A stretch of DNA of 64,000 nucleotides. Origin: an uncultured Nitrospinota bacterium. GTDB lineage: Bacteria > Tectomicrobia > Entotheonellia > J063 > CAVPRW01. The DNA is taken from contig CAVPRW010000048.1 of NCBI GenBank assembly GCA_963707985.1, forward strand, positions 96,001 to 160,000, in the 5' to 3' direction. The notes beneath the pieces were generated by a model. The model was given only the letters and a program-made list of their open reading frames with translations. It searched no databases and had not been told where the DNA came from. Below, one piece after another: positions 11,388-22,124 of this stretch (position 1 is the stretch's first letter; every line of letters begins with the position of its first letter). The position numbers and the translations under genes were made by a program.

Positions 11388-11885
11388 CAAAATATTCCGT
11401 GCCATCCAAGGCGATCAGCAACTGGTCCGCAAAGCCCCGCCACGACGCCACGTGCCCCGCCCCGTCCAGGGCGGCATACACCTCGGCAAACACCGGAAAG
11501 AGCTGGGCCGGGGCCACGGGATCGAGCCACGTCCGGATCTGATTATCACAGGGAATGGCGCCCATCCTCAAGAGACTCTCGGCGTTGCTCCGTCCTTTGG
11601 CGTGTTGCCTCGTCCGCTGATAGGCCAAAAACGAGGGTGACTGGGTGAAGAAAACGGCAAACGCCCCCAGGGCGGCATCGATGATCGCGTACCGAGTATT
11701 CTTGCCCTTTCGGTCATCCGGAAGCGCGGCCAGCTGCTGGTGGAGTGCCTGCACCAGGTGATCAAAAGCCAAGGCTTCCATCAGAGACCCTCCTCCTCTA
11801 CTTGCGGGGGAAAGTCTGGCCTCTTACCATCTATCGCTGCAGGCCGGCAACTCGCGAGCCTTAAAAATCAAAATGAGAATTGCTG
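11388..11885 (-). mobile_element. ISNCY-like transposase 5' part with IS end, truncated by the MITE
   Basis: LPDDRKGKNTRY...FFTQSPSFLAYQR...IPCDNQIR...LIALDGTEYF stops at the MITE; putative end CAGCAATTCTCATTTTGA at 11885. Confidence 0.8.
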
Positions 11886-11902
11886 TGCCTGCTGTTTCGG
11901 GC

Positions 11903-11931
11903 TTGCTTTTTCAAGTTCCCCCCGATAGCAT
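11903..11931 (+). promoter_or_regulatory. Putative sigma70 promoter of the ttuB operon
   Basis: TTGCTT-17 nt-TAGCAT. Confidence 0.4.
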
Positions 11932-11999
11932 AGTGCGCGATGACAGTTTCTAGAATATCGGGGATAGTTTGGTGCACACGCTATACAGGTGAGGCTGCC

Positions 12000-12221
12000 A
12001 TGCGGGTGATCGTGCTCCCTAAGGGCGAGGAAAAGGAATTTCCCGGACGACGGCGGGTGGCTGACGTCCTAAAGGCCCTCGACATCATTCCCGAAACGGT
12101 CTTGGTGGCACGGGGAAGCATGCTGGTGACTGCGGACGAAACCGTCGAAGCCGATGCCGTGTTACGGATTATCCCGGTGATCTCAGGAGGGTGCAGCGGT
12201 GAAGTGTGTCAAGTGTCGTGA
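12000..12221 (+). CDS. ttuB: ThiS/MoaD-like ubiquitin-fold sulfur carrier (TtuB-like)
   Basis: VADVLKALDIIPETVLV...LRIIPVISGG directly upstream of ttuA; 9 extra residues follow the GG. Confidence 0.8.
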   Translation: MRVIVLPKGEEKEFPGRRRVADVLKALDIIPETVLVARGSMLVTADETVEADAVLRIIPVISGGCSGEVCQVS

Positions 12222-13117
12222 CAAGGCAGCTGTACACATTCGGCGCCACAACTCCGCCTTTTGTCAGACGTGTTTCCAGGAGTACTTCACCAATCAGGTC
12301 GCCCGCGCCATCAAGGAAGACCATATGTTCACCCGCGAGGATCGAATTCTGGTGGGCGTGTCCGGGGGTAAGGATAGTCTGGCGCTGTGGGATGTCCTGA
12401 TCAATCTGGGGTATGAAACCGCTGGGTTGCACATTCATCAGGGAATCTTTCGAATACTCCGCCAGTTCGTTCGAGAAAACTACACGGTTTGCCAAAGAGC
12501 GCGATCTGACTCTCATCACCATCGATCTTGCTGCCGAAGGCGACCTGGACATTCCTGGGGTCGCGAGCTCGACCCGACGGACACAGTGCTCAGCCTGCGG
12601 CGTCATCAAGCGCCACTACTTCAATCAGGCGGCCGTCGAAGGTGGCTACACCATCATGGCCACGGGTCATAACCTGGATGATGAGGCCGCTCGTTTGCTC
12701 GGCAACGTGTTGCACTGGCAGACCCCATATCTGGCGGTGCAGAGTCCGGTGCTCGAAGCTACTCACCCGCGTCTGGTCAAAAAGGTTAAGCCGCTCTACC
12801 GTCTCAGCGAGTATGAAACCGCGGCATACGCCTTCCTGCGCGGCATCGACTACATCGTCGAGGAGTGCCCGTTCAGCCACGATGCGATCCAGCTCCAATA
12901 TAAGGAAGCGCTCAATCAGTTGGAGCATCGCTCACCCGGGACCAAGCACGGCTTCGTGCTGGGGTTCATGCGCGAGGGGCGCAAGGCGTTTGCGGAGACA
13001 ACCTCGGTGCATCTGAAGGAATGCCTCTCTTGTGGGTATCCCACCACAGGCGAGGTCTGCGGTTTTTGTCGACTACAGCAGGAAGTTCACAAGAACAACT
13101 CCGGGCGGAGGAACTAG
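12199..13117 (+). CDS. ttuA: tRNA 2-thiolation enzyme TtuA/Ncs6-like, one frameshift near 12445
   Basis: N-terminal CxxC...CxxC, PP-loop SGGKDS, CSAC, GHNLDDEA, ECP and C-terminal CLSCGYPT...CGFC. Confidence 0.88.
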
Positions 13118-13119
13118 CC

Positions 13120-13995
13120 GTGTCCCTGGGACGCGGCGCATTTGTCGCGGGTGAGACGGTGATCATGATCGATAGCAAACAGCGTCTCTACCTGGTGACC
13201 CTGCAGCCTGGCGGTAAATACAGTTATCACGGCGGCATCGTGCAGTTTGATGACATCATCGGACAGCAAGAGGGGTTGATGCTCAATTCCTCTCACGATC
13301 ACTCCCTGGTGGTGTTTCGTCCTTCGCTGGCGCAATATGTGCTGAAGATGCCACGCGGCGCCCAGGTCATCTATCCGAAGGATTTGGGGGCCCTGGTGAT
13401 GGCCGCGGATATCTTTCCGGGTGCCGTGGTCCTCGAAGCCGGCACTGGGTCAGGCGCCCTCACGATGACACTGTTACGCGCTGTAGGGACTGACGGACGG
13501 GTCATCTCCGAAGAAATTCGCGAGGATTTCGCCCGTCGTGCAGCGGCGAACATCCGTCGCTTCATGGGTGAAACACCAAACCTCGAGATTCGCATCCGGG
13601 ATATCTATGAAGGCATCGATGTGCACGATGTGGATCGCATCGTCCTTGATCTGCCGGAACCCTGGCGGATCGTCGATGGCTTGGCCAAAGCGTTGCGGCC
13701 AGGGGGCTATGTCGCCAGCTATCTGCCCACCGTGCTGCAAGTCAAACGTCTGGTGGATACCCTTTTCCACCAGGGGGAGTTCGCGCTCATCGACACGGTT
13801 GAGATCCTGGAGCGCCACTGGCACGTCGCCGAGATGAGCATTCGTCCCGAACACCGCATGGTCGCCCACACGGGCTTTCTCACCGTTGCTAGAAAAGGCG
13901 CGCGCTTCTTTTCCAGGCTACGCCACACCCATGAGGTCAGCGAATTATCATCAGAGCTGGACGACGAATCGGCGTCAGAGCTGGATGAGACATAG
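13120..13995 (+). CDS. trmI: tRNA (adenine-58-N1)-methyltransferase
   Basis: MPRGAQVIYPKD, LEAGTGSGALT, LDLPEPW and RPEHRMVAHTGFL. Confidence 0.93.
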   Translation: MSLGRGAFVAGETVIMIDSKQRLYLVTLQPGGKYSYHGGIVQFDDIIGQQEGLMLNSSHDHSLVVFRPSLAQYVLKMPRGAQVIYPKDLGALVMAADIFPGAVVLEAGTGSGALTMTLLRAVGTDGRVISEEIREDFARRAAANIRRFMGETPNLEIRIRDIYEGIDVHDVDRIVLDLPEPWRIVDGLAKALRPGGYVASYLPTVLQVKRLVDTLFHQGEFALIDTVEILERHWHVAEMSIRPEHRMVAHTGFLTVARKGARFFSRLRHTHEVSELSSELDDESASELDET

Positions 13996-14983
13996 GTCGC
14001 CGACTCCACCCAGCGATGCATCACGGTTCCACCTGTGGCGACAACGCCGCTGGAGTCTTGTTGTCCTCGGTGTCATGTGGTTCTTCGCCACCCCTCTGTG
14101 GTCCCAACCGACGCCGCCTGCCGTGTCTAGTGATCCCCTGACGGATGCGGACCAAATCCTTAGATTCGCCGATGCGCTGTTCAACGATGGTGACTATTTC
14201 CGTGCCATCACCGAATACAAGCGCTTCCTGTTCCTGTACGCCACCGACGCACGCGCCGGGCGGGTGCAATTGCAGGTTGGGTTGTCCTATCAGCGTGGGC
14301 AACAGTGGGACGATGCACGGCAGACCTTTGAGCACATTGTCGAGCAGTCTCCAGACCCTGCGGTCAGGGCAGAGGCGGCCTATCGCATCGGTGAAACATC
14401 CTTTCAGCAGGGACGCTATGCGCAGGCGATTGCGGACTTGCGCCCCGTCGCCGAACACTATGGACAAACCCCTGTGGGAGACCGGGCGCGTTATCTCCTG
14501 GGATGGAGTTATCTACGTGCCCGTCAATGGCCGGAAGCTTCCCAGACCTTTGAGGTGATCAACACGACAAGCCCATTGTTCCCATCGTCGCGTGCGCTGG
14601 CCGAGGCCGCTCGTGAAGGTGAGCAGCTCCCGCGCAAATCTCCGGCGCTGGCAGGGCTCATGTCCGCAGTCATTCCCGGAACTGGACACTTTTACACGGG
14701 TCGATGGCGTGATGGGACAATTGCCCTGCTGCTCAACGGCGCCTTTCTCGCTGCCGGCATTGAAGCGGTGTCTGCCGGCAACGAAGCCGCGGCTGGGGTT
14801 CTGCTCTTTTTTGAGGCAGCCTGGTACTCGGGAACCATCTATGGCGCTGTCAACGCCGCGCATAAGTATAATCGCGACCTCGAAGATCGTTGGCTACAGG
14901 GGCTCGAACGGCAGCATAGCCCGGCGGGGCGGTCGTTGGGCCGTGCCTCGCCCACGCTCGTCCTCGTGCAGATTCCCTTTTAG
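13985..14983 (+). CDS. TPR-repeat (BamD-like) exported protein with a C-terminal TM2-like region
   Basis: Signal peptide, TPRs (GDYFRAITEYKRF...) and KSPALAGLMSAVIPGTGHFY. Confidence 0.75.
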   Translation: MRHRSPTPPSDASRFHLWRQRRWSLVVLGVMWFFATPLWSQPTPPAVSSDPLTDADQILRFADALFNDGDYFRAITEYKRFLFLYATDARAGRVQLQVGLSYQRGQQWDDARQTFEHIVEQSPDPAVRAEAAYRIGETSFQQGRYAQAIADLRPVAEHYGQTPVGDRARYLLGWSYLRARQWPEASQTFEVINTTSPLFPSSRALAEAAREGEQLPRKSPALAGLMSAVIPGTGHFYTGRWRDGTIALLLNGAFLAAGIEAVSAGNEAAAGVLLFFEAAWYSGTIYGAVNAAHKYNRDLEDRWLQGLERQHSPAGRSLGRASPTLVLVQIPF

Positions 14984-15033
14984 GCATTGGCGCCACGATG
15001 AGCCAGGCTTGCCGGCGCGAATCTTCCTAGGAT

Positions 15034-15621
15034 ATGGGAACACGTCACTCAGCCACAGGCGCATGGCGAGATGGGAGAAGCCGCAAGCCACGAGTCTGTC
15101 GTCGTATCTGGACGTTGAGCTGGTGGATCACTCTCAGCTGTCTGACGCTGATGAGCTTTACCAGTTGCCGTGCTACGGTGGGCCACGTGATGGGTCAGCA
15201 ATTCGTCAGCTCCGCCTACGCCTTTGAGGTGCCGTTGCCAGGGGATGACTGGCAGCCGGTGCCTGGTGAGCTGACGGTGTTGACCCTCGCCCATACGCAA
15301 TTGGCCGCCGGCATCACGATCAGTGTCACCTGTCATCAGGTGCGCGACGTCCCTTTGGCTATCCTCACACGTCATCTGCTCTTTGGGTTCAAGAACATCG
15401 AGATTCTACAACAAGCACCACAGGCACTCAACGGCGTGCCAGCACTGAAGACCGTCGCACGCGCTCATCTTGATGGACGCGAGGTTCAACTTCGCGGCCT
15501 CGTCGTTCGACGCGACGGCTGCATTTATGACATGGTATACTTTGCAAGCCCTCAGGACTATTCCCCCGGCGAGCCCAGTTTTGAACGCATGATGGCCGGA
15601 TTTCGCTTTCTGCAACGCTAG
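15034..15621 (+). CDS. Hypothetical exported/lipoprotein in the mla operon
   Basis: Hydrophobic segment ending in FTSC; tightly linked to mlaE; start uncertain. Confidence 0.55.
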   Translation: MGTRHSATGAWRDGRSRKPRVCRRIWTLSWWITLSCLTLMSFTSCRATVGHVMGQQFVSSAYAFEVPLPGDDWQPVPGELTVLTLAHTQLAAGITISVTCHQVRDVPLAILTRHLLFGFKNIEILQQAPQALNGVPALKTVARAHLDGREVQLRGLVVRRDGCIYDMVYFASPQDYSPGEPSFERMMAGFRFLQR

Positions 15622-15631
15622 GGCGACGATC

Positions 15632-16408
15632 ATGCGCGCGGTATTTTTCTACCTCGGCGAGATGTCCCGTAAAATGGTCTATTACCTCGGGGATTTGGGT
15701 CTCCTGGTCTGGGACATCCTACGTCAGGCCTTCGTGCCCCCATGGCACGTGGGACTGATCATCCAGGAGATGGACGGCATCGGCGTCAAATCCATCTTTA
15801 TTTCCGCGCTGAGTGCGCTCTTCATCGGCATGGTGATGACCCTGCAGACGGGCTACGCTATGGCCCGCTTCGGGGCGAAAGCCTATATCGGGCCGGCCGT
15901 GGCGCTATCGGTCTTGCGAGAGCTGGGACCTGTGGTCACCGCCCTGTTAGTGGGGGGACGGGTGGGCTCCGGCATCTCGGCAGAGCTAGGGGCGATGAAG
16001 GTCACGGAGCAGATCGATGCCCTGCGCGCCATCGGCAGCAATTACATCAAGAAGCTGATCGTCCCAAAGGTCGCCGCCACCACGCTGGTGCTTCCCCTCC
16101 TGACGGTGATTGCCGATGCTATGGGGATTTTTGGCGGCATGGTGATCGCGGTGCTGCAGTTCGATATCGACCCGATCCTCTTTATGAATTCCATCATCTA
16201 CCAGATTACCTTCTACGACATTCTTAGCGGTATCGCCAAGACCTTTTTCTTCGGCTTTCTCATCGGCCTCATCGGCTGTTACAATGGCCTGAGCGTCAGC
16301 CGTGGCACCGAGGAGATCGGCCAGTTTACTACCGCCACTGTCGTGGCCGGGGCGATTAGCGTCCTAATCGCCGATTTCTTTTTGACTAAACTCTTCCTGA
16401 TGTTTTGA
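15632..16408 (+). CDS. mlaE: MlaE-family ABC permease
   Basis: LRELGPVVTALLVGGRVGSGISAELGAMKVTEQIDAL. Confidence 0.95.
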   Translation: MRAVFFYLGEMSRKMVYYLGDLGLLVWDILRQAFVPPWHVGLIIQEMDGIGVKSIFISALSALFIGMVMTLQTGYAMARFGAKAYIGPAVALSVLRELGPVVTALLVGGRVGSGISAELGAMKVTEQIDALRAIGSNYIKKLIVPKVAATTLVLPLLTVIADAMGIFGGMVIAVLQFDIDPILFMNSIIYQITFYDILSGIAKTFFFGFLIGLIGCYNGLSVSRGTEEIGQFTTATVVAGAISVLIADFFLTKLFLMF

Positions 16409-16411
16409 GGG

Positions 16412-17150
16412 ATGCCCCCTGTGATCGAACTCCACGCCGTGCACGTCGCATTTGACGGCCATGAGGTGCTGCGTGGCATCGACCTGTCAGTCATGAACGG
16501 TGAAATTCTGACCATCATGGGCGGCAGTGGTTCGGGCAAGAGCGTCTTGCTCCGCCTCATCGCCGGGCTCATTAAGCCCGATCGGGGGGAGATCCGCATC
16601 GACGGCACCGACATCGTCCCTCTGAACGAAGAGTGCCATGCTCAGCTTTCGGCAGCGCATGGGGGTGGTGTTTCAGCAGGCAGCGCTGTTCGACTCCATG
16701 TCTGTCGCCGACAACATTGCCTACCCGCTACACGAGCATGCCATGCTCGATGAGGCGTCGATCCGGCCGCGCGTAGCCGAGTTGCTGGACATCGTAGGCC
16801 TGCCTGGCATTCAGGAAAAATTTCCAGCTGAGCTGAGCGGCGGCATGCGCAAGCGGGTTGGCATCGCCCGGGCGTTGGCGATGAAGCCCGCCATGGTGTT
16901 GTATGATGAGCCCACGTCGGGCCTTGACCCCGGCAACTCCAAGCTGATTAGCCAATTGATTATGCAGGTGGCCACAACATTTGGCACCACGTCCGTCGTC
17001 GTTTCCCACGACCTCTACTGGTCGCTGCAGATCTCCACACGGGTCGCGCTGATGTATGGCGGCAAGATCATCACGGTAGGCACGCCGGCCGACATTCAGT
17101 CCTCACCGATCCTCGAGGTGCAGGCGTTCTTAGCAGGAGATCTGCATTAA
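16412..17150 (+). CDS. mlaF: MlaF-family ABC ATPase, frameshift near 16635
   Basis: Walker A GGSGSGKS in ORF 16412; LSGGMRKRV and YDEPTSGLDP in ORF 16638. Confidence 0.9.
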
Positions 17151-17232
17151 AACTCAGGACTGAGGACCGAGGGCTGAGGTTATGACAGGCACTTGGTCTC
17201 CCAGTTCTCAGTCCTTCCGGAGGATGACACTG

Positions 17233-18399
17233 ATGGTCAAACAAAGGAGCGCTCAGATCCGCGTCGGCATCTTCGTGTTTTTCACCCTGGTGACGTTCAT
17301 GGCCGCCATTTTCTTGCTGGGCAGCCGCACGCAATACTTCCAACCTCAGTACAGGCTTAAGGCCGTGTTCTCCAACGTAGGCTACTTACTGGAAGGCGCC
17401 GGGGTCTATCTGGCGGGTGTTCAGGTAGGCCGCGTCGGCGAGATTCGGTTTTTCGAGGACATTGCGGCTCAGAAGGTCCTGGTCGTGTTGAAGGTTGCCC
17501 ATCCCTATCAGGAGCGCATTCGTCAGGACTCCGTGGCGGTCATTACCAGCTCTGGGTTGCTGGGCGATAAATACATCGACATCACCTTGGGCAGTGAGGC
17601 TGAACCAGAATTGTTAGATGGGATGTTTATTCGCACGCAGGAGCCGGCCGACTATGGTCAATTGATCCGGCAGGGCGAAGAAGTCCTCACGAACACGATC
17701 GAGATCACCAGTGCCCTGGGCGCCCTCACCAGTGGTTTTCGGTCAAGCCAAGCCCCCATGGCGGTGGCTGACCTACTGACCTCCCTGGCCCAGATGGCCA
17801 GGGCTATCGAGACTGGCGATGGTCTCATCCACGCCTTGATCTATGAGCAAGGTAACGAACGGATTTTCGCCGATATTGCGGCCGCCACGACGGCCCTGCG
17901 GGACACGCTGACAGGCATCAAGGAAGGGAAAGGGTTTCTCCAGACCTTGCTCACCGATCCCAATCCGGAGGTGGTGGCGCAATTCACCAAACTCCTGGGC
18001 TCGGCCCATAAGCTGTTGCAGGATATCGAGAAGGGGCAGGGTGTCCTGCACGCGCTGATTTATGATAAGCAGGGGGGTAAGGCCGTCAAAGATTTCGCCG
18101 GGGCTGCGGGCCATATGAACGAGCTCTTAGCCAAGCTACAGGGGCAGGAAGGACTCTTGGCGAGCCTTCTCAATGACCCGAAACAAAAGCAGGTGCTCGT
18201 TGATCTAGCCCACATCATGCACGACTCCCGACAGATCGCCGCCGACATCGCGGCCGGACGAGGTACTGTTGGTGGCTTCATCACAGACCCAACTCTTTAT
18301 GAAAACCTCACGGCTCTCCTCGAGGGCGCACGCCGAAGCTGGATTCTGCGGACGGTGATTCAGTCGACGGTGAACAAAGGGCAGGAGGGGGAACGGTAG
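17233..18399 (+). CDS. mlaD: MlaD/MCE family protein
   Basis: N-terminal TM, GAGVYLAGVQVGRV, SSGLLGDKYIDI and a repeated helical tail. Confidence 0.9.
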   Translation: MVKQRSAQIRVGIFVFFTLVTFMAAIFLLGSRTQYFQPQYRLKAVFSNVGYLLEGAGVYLAGVQVGRVGEIRFFEDIAAQKVLVVLKVAHPYQERIRQDSVAVITSSGLLGDKYIDITLGSEAEPELLDGMFIRTQEPADYGQLIRQGEEVLTNTIEITSALGALTSGFRSSQAPMAVADLLTSLAQMARAIETGDGLIHALIYEQGNERIFADIAAATTALRDTLTGIKEGKGFLQTLLTDPNPEVVAQFTKLLGSAHKLLQDIEKGQGVLHALIYDKQGGKAVKDFAGAAGHMNELLAKLQGQEGLLASLLNDPKQKQVLVDLAHIMHDSRQIAADIAAGRGTVGGFITDPTLYENLTALLEGARRSWILRTVIQSTVNKGQEGER

Positions 18400-18490
18400 C
18401 TAAGGAGTCCGGCGTCTTTCAGCGGTCCTGCGTCCACGCGGATGGTTCGGGGGCGAACTCGGGTCGCGTGGACGGGGACCGCCTTCGTAC

Positions 18491-18757
18491 CTATAGGCCA
18501 AGGTCGCAGAGCGCCGTGGTTGTCGAGAACACGTGCGTTGACGCAACCATGTCTATGGCTGCGTCAGCATGGAAAGGACGGACAACTTCGCACCTGGCAT
18601 CCCATCGTGCTCTGAGGGTTGAGAGCCGGGCTTCGTGGCGTGCGGCCTTGTGAGCAGCCCACCAATCTGTAAGCTGCTGATACCATCCATTTCGGTCCGT
18701 TGCTCGGCCGACACCAATATGCGTTCCCCATACGGTGATATGTCCATTGGCGTGCAT
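18491..18757 (-). CDS. Small hypothetical protein
   Basis: AAGGAGG RBS before ATG 18757; 88 aa. Confidence 0.5.
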   Translation of the reverse strand: MHANGHITVWGTHIGVGRATDRNGWYQQLTDWWAAHKAARHEARLSTLRARWDARCEVVRPFHADAAIDMVASTHVFSTTTALCDLGL

Positions 18758-19045
18758 GGTAACCTCCTTGACTGCTTGAGTACGGCCATCTTCTATTGTG
18801 TGCGGTTCGATCAACCAACCGCTTGAGACATAGTATCGTCCCTTACCATTCAAAAATCCAACGAATTATTATCATGAAAATCATGAATAATATTTATGGA
18901 TAAGCTGGTTTTGGCGTCGCTGCAATGGCTCGGTGTCAATGGAGCCTGAGGCAGTGGTGTGAGGGATACGTGCGGAAATGGAACAGCCGTCGGTTGCCTT
19001 GTAAATTCGATTTTCATGCGTCGTGGTGCGCTCAGGGAGCATGAG

Positions 19046-19154
19046 AGTTCTGTAGCAAAGTTGCTTTTTCGTGCGTGTTGGCCTCTGTCAGCCATTGAAT
19101 TCCTGACACGCGATTTTGGGATTTTGCCCCAACATTGAACTTTGCGACAGAAGC
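19046..19154. mobile_element. Diverged copy of the IS6-type MITE
   Basis: GTTCTGTAGCAAAGTT...AACTTTGCGACAGAAG; shares internal words TTGCTTTTTCG, TTGAATT and GATTTT..GATTTTGCCCC with the 110-bp MITE. Confidence 0.7.
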
Positions 19155-19377
19155 TGATGCAACACTCTTGGTGCTCCAAACGGTAGTGCACTCCATGTAA
19201 TGCTTTTTCTCGGAAACACCCTACAAGCACTCTTTATATTTAATGGGTTGCGGCGCCATCATTGCCAGCGAGCATTACTTGGATATCACTACCCAATTGC
19301 CGGGCTGATCCCAGCGATTCTAGCCTACCGAACTGAGGTCGCAGACAATCTTGCACCGCTCTCGCGAGGTGAGGCTC

Positions 19378-19875
19378 ATGTGTGGACGGTTTTGCAATGT
19401 TATCTGGGCTCTCGGGGTCGCATGGCTCATGTGCACGACGCTCGCCAGTGCCCAGGAGGTCACCCGGCTGACCTTCGCGCAGCTGATCGACTCGATCCGA
19501 GCCGATCTGGAGCTGACGCAGAAGATCAAATCCCTCTCGGGCACAGAAGTGGAGATTCAGGGATTCATCATCCCGGCCGGTCTGCCTGACCTGGCGTTCT
19601 TCCTGCTCAGCCGTGTCTCGTCGATCGGTAACTATTGTTGCGAAGCTCCGGTAGGACAGGATGAGACCGTCTACGTGTTCGCGACCCGCGTCGACCACAT
19701 AACCTATGATCCGCTGCGCGTGTATAAAGTGTGGGGGGTGTTCGAGGCCGGTCTGAAGAAAGATGAGGTCTATGGTCTCAGCCTCTTCCGCATTCGTCAG
19801 GCGCGCGTGGAGGAGGCAGTCGGCGCCCCCATCATGAAGGTGGGAGAGAAGGCAGCTCCATCCTTAAGCAAATAA
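19378..19875 (+). CDS. Exported protein, DUF3299-like
   Basis: Signal peptide; LSGTEVEIQGFIIP...FLL...CCEAP. Confidence 0.55.
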   Translation: MCGRFCNVIWALGVAWLMCTTLASAQEVTRLTFAQLIDSIRADLELTQKIKSLSGTEVEIQGFIIPAGLPDLAFFLLSRVSSIGNYCCEAPVGQDETVYVFATRVDHITYDPLRVYKVWGVFEAGLKKDEVYGLSLFRIRQARVEEAVGAPIMKVGEKAAPSLSK

Positions 19876-20296
19876 GGCCGCTTCCCCTGCCGTAATCTGC
19901 GACGCGCGGGAGCTGTTAGGCGGCGACAACCGCGCATGAGAAACTTCTAATTTTCCATTAATCCCTTTTTCAGGTTTCCGCGCTATATTCACTGGTAGGC
20001 AACCAACTGGGTCAGCCGTTGCTGGGACAGACTGTGCTAGAGATGCGAACAGCACTATAGAAGGATGGGTGCAGTTGCGCAGCCTGATGATCGCATCGAA
20101 TCTACTGGGGACTGGAGCGTCCCCAGCGCAGGACAGCAGGCAGCTGGCCCTATTAATCACGAACCCCCCGTCGGGAAATAGCGCACATGCGAAGTATTGC
20201 ACCTCTGATCTTCAGATTTGTCGTCCGACGTTCTCGCCATCTGAGCGCTGACGCACGTGGTGGAGAGGTGCGGATTGGGATCCGGGAGATGCCGAT

Positions 20297-22105
20297 ATGA
20301 CTGGCCTTCGCCCACTGCTTCGCGATGCCTGGGCCATCGTCCGCCCGTATTGGTTCTCGGATGACCGTTGGGCAGGACGGGGATTGCTCCTCGTTGTCAT
20401 CGCGCTCACCCTTGGGATCGTCTATATCAATGTCCTCCTGAACCAATGGAATAATACCTTCTACAACGCACTGCAGGACAAGGATTACGCCGTCTTCATG
20501 CAGCAGTTCATCCGCTTCTCATGGCTCGCGGGCCTCTACATCGTCGTGGCCGTCTATCAACTCTATCTCACCCAGATGCTCCAGATTCGCTGGCGGCGCT
20601 GGCTCACTGAATACTACCTCCGCGCCTGGCTATCCGACGGCGCCTATTACCGGATGCAGCTCGTGTCGGGTGAGACCGATAACCCCGACCAGCGCATCGC
20701 CGAGGACATTCGTCTGTTCATCTCCGGCACTCTCGATCTTGCCATCGGCGGTCTGCGCGCGGTAGTAACATTGATCTCCTTCGTGGCGATCCTCTGGGGG
20801 CTTTCGGGACCGCTCGTTATCCCCCTCGGTAGTACCTCCGTCACTCTGCCTGGGTACATGGTCTGGGCCGCGCTTCTCTATGCCATCGTCGGCACCTGGC
20901 TGACCAATTGGGTCGGCCGACCGCTCGTCCGGTTGAACTTCGACCAGCAGCGCTACGAGGCCGACTTCCGCTTTGGCCTCGTCCGATTCCGCGAGAACAC
21001 CGAAGGTGTAGCCCTCTACCGTGGCGAGTCTGACGAGCTGCGCGGCTTTCGTGAGCGGTTCGGTGCAGTGGTGCGGAACTGGTGGGACATCATGCGCCAG
21101 CAAAAGCGGCTGACGGGCTTCACCGCCGGCTATGGCCAGGCGGCGATCATCTTCCCCTTCATCGTCGCGGCCCCACGCTACTTCCGGGGAGAGATCCCCC
21201 TCGGCGGCTTGGTCCAGACCGCCACAGCCTTCGGGCAGGTGCAGCAGGCGCTGAGTTTCATCGTCTCTGCCTACTCGGACATCGCCGCGTGGCGCGCGGT
21301 GGTGGAGCGGCTGGCGGGCTTCGAGCACGCTCTTGATCGTGTGCGCTTTGAGGCGGCTACCACCAACGGCATCCGGCGCGCCAACGGAGAGGCAGCACAT
21401 CTAGCTGTAGAGGGCATCGAGCTAGACCTCCCCAGCGGTCAGCCGCTCGTCGCGAACGTCAACCTCTCACTGGCGCGCGGCGATACCATCCTTTTGCGGG
21501 GACCTTCCGGCTCTGGCAAGAGCACGCTCATCCGCGCCATCGCAGGGATCTGGCCCTTTGGGCGCGGCGAGATCCGCGTGCCGAAAGACGCCCGTGTCCT
21601 CTTTCTTCCCCAGAAGCCTTACCTGCCGATCGGCGCGCTCCGGGACGTCGTGAGCTACCCAATGCCGACAGGCGGGTTCGATGACGCCACGCTGTGCGAA
21701 GCGCTCGAGGCGGTGGGATTGCCCGAGCTGGCCAGGCGGCTCGACGAGTCTAACCACTGGGCGCTCCAGCTTTCCCCCGGAGAACAACAGCGCATCGCCT
21801 TCGCCCGCGCCCTTGTCCAGAAGCCTGATTGGCTCTTCCTTGACGAAGCGACTTCGGCTGTGGATGAGGCAACCGAGGCGCGCCTTTATCAACTGGTGCG
21901 CGAGCGGCTCGTTGGGACAACCGTGTTTAGCGTCGGCCACCGAGCCACGCTACGCCCATTCCACGCCCGCCAGCTGGTCCTACAGCCCGATGGGGGCGGG
22001 TCCGCCTGCATCGGGGAAGTGGGCGCGGCGTCTGCCCCGACATCGCGACCATGTGTCGCAGATGTTGAGCAGTGTTATAGAGTCCCCTGCGGGGCGCAGG
22101 ATTAG
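20297..22105 (+). CDS. ABC transporter fused permease/ATPase (YddA/BacA-like, ABCD type)
   Basis: DNPDQRIAED, EADFRFGLVR, GPSGSGKS, LSPGEQQR and LDEATSA. Confidence 0.93.
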   Translation: MTGLRPLLRDAWAIVRPYWFSDDRWAGRGLLLVVIALTLGIVYINVLLNQWNNTFYNALQDKDYAVFMQQFIRFSWLAGLYIVVAVYQLYLTQMLQIRWRRWLTEYYLRAWLSDGAYYRMQLVSGETDNPDQRIAEDIRLFISGTLDLAIGGLRAVVTLISFVAILWGLSGPLVIPLGSTSVTLPGYMVWAALLYAIVGTWLTNWVGRPLVRLNFDQQRYEADFRFGLVRFRENTEGVALYRGESDELRGFRERFGAVVRNWWDIMRQQKRLTGFTAGYGQAAIIFPFIVAAPRYFRGEIPLGGLVQTATAFGQVQQALSFIVSAYSDIAAWRAVVERLAGFEHALDRVRFEAATTNGIRRANGEAAHLAVEGIELDLPSGQPLVANVNLSLARGDTILLRGPSGSGKSTLIRAIAGIWPFGRGEIRVPKDARVLFLPQKPYLPIGALRDVVSYPMPTGGFDDATLCEALEAVGLPELARRLDESNHWALQLSPGEQQRIAFARALVQKPDWLFLDEATSAVDEATEARLYQLVRERLVGTTVFSVGHRATLRPFHARQLVLQPDGGGSACIGEVGAASAPTSRPCVADVEQCYRVPCGAQD

Positions 22106-22124
22106 CTGGCCAGGGAGGAGGGTG

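Noticed and set aside
13951..13992. Short duplication TCAGAGCTGGA at the end of trmI
   Set aside because: Low-complexity acidic protein tail (SELDDESASELDET)
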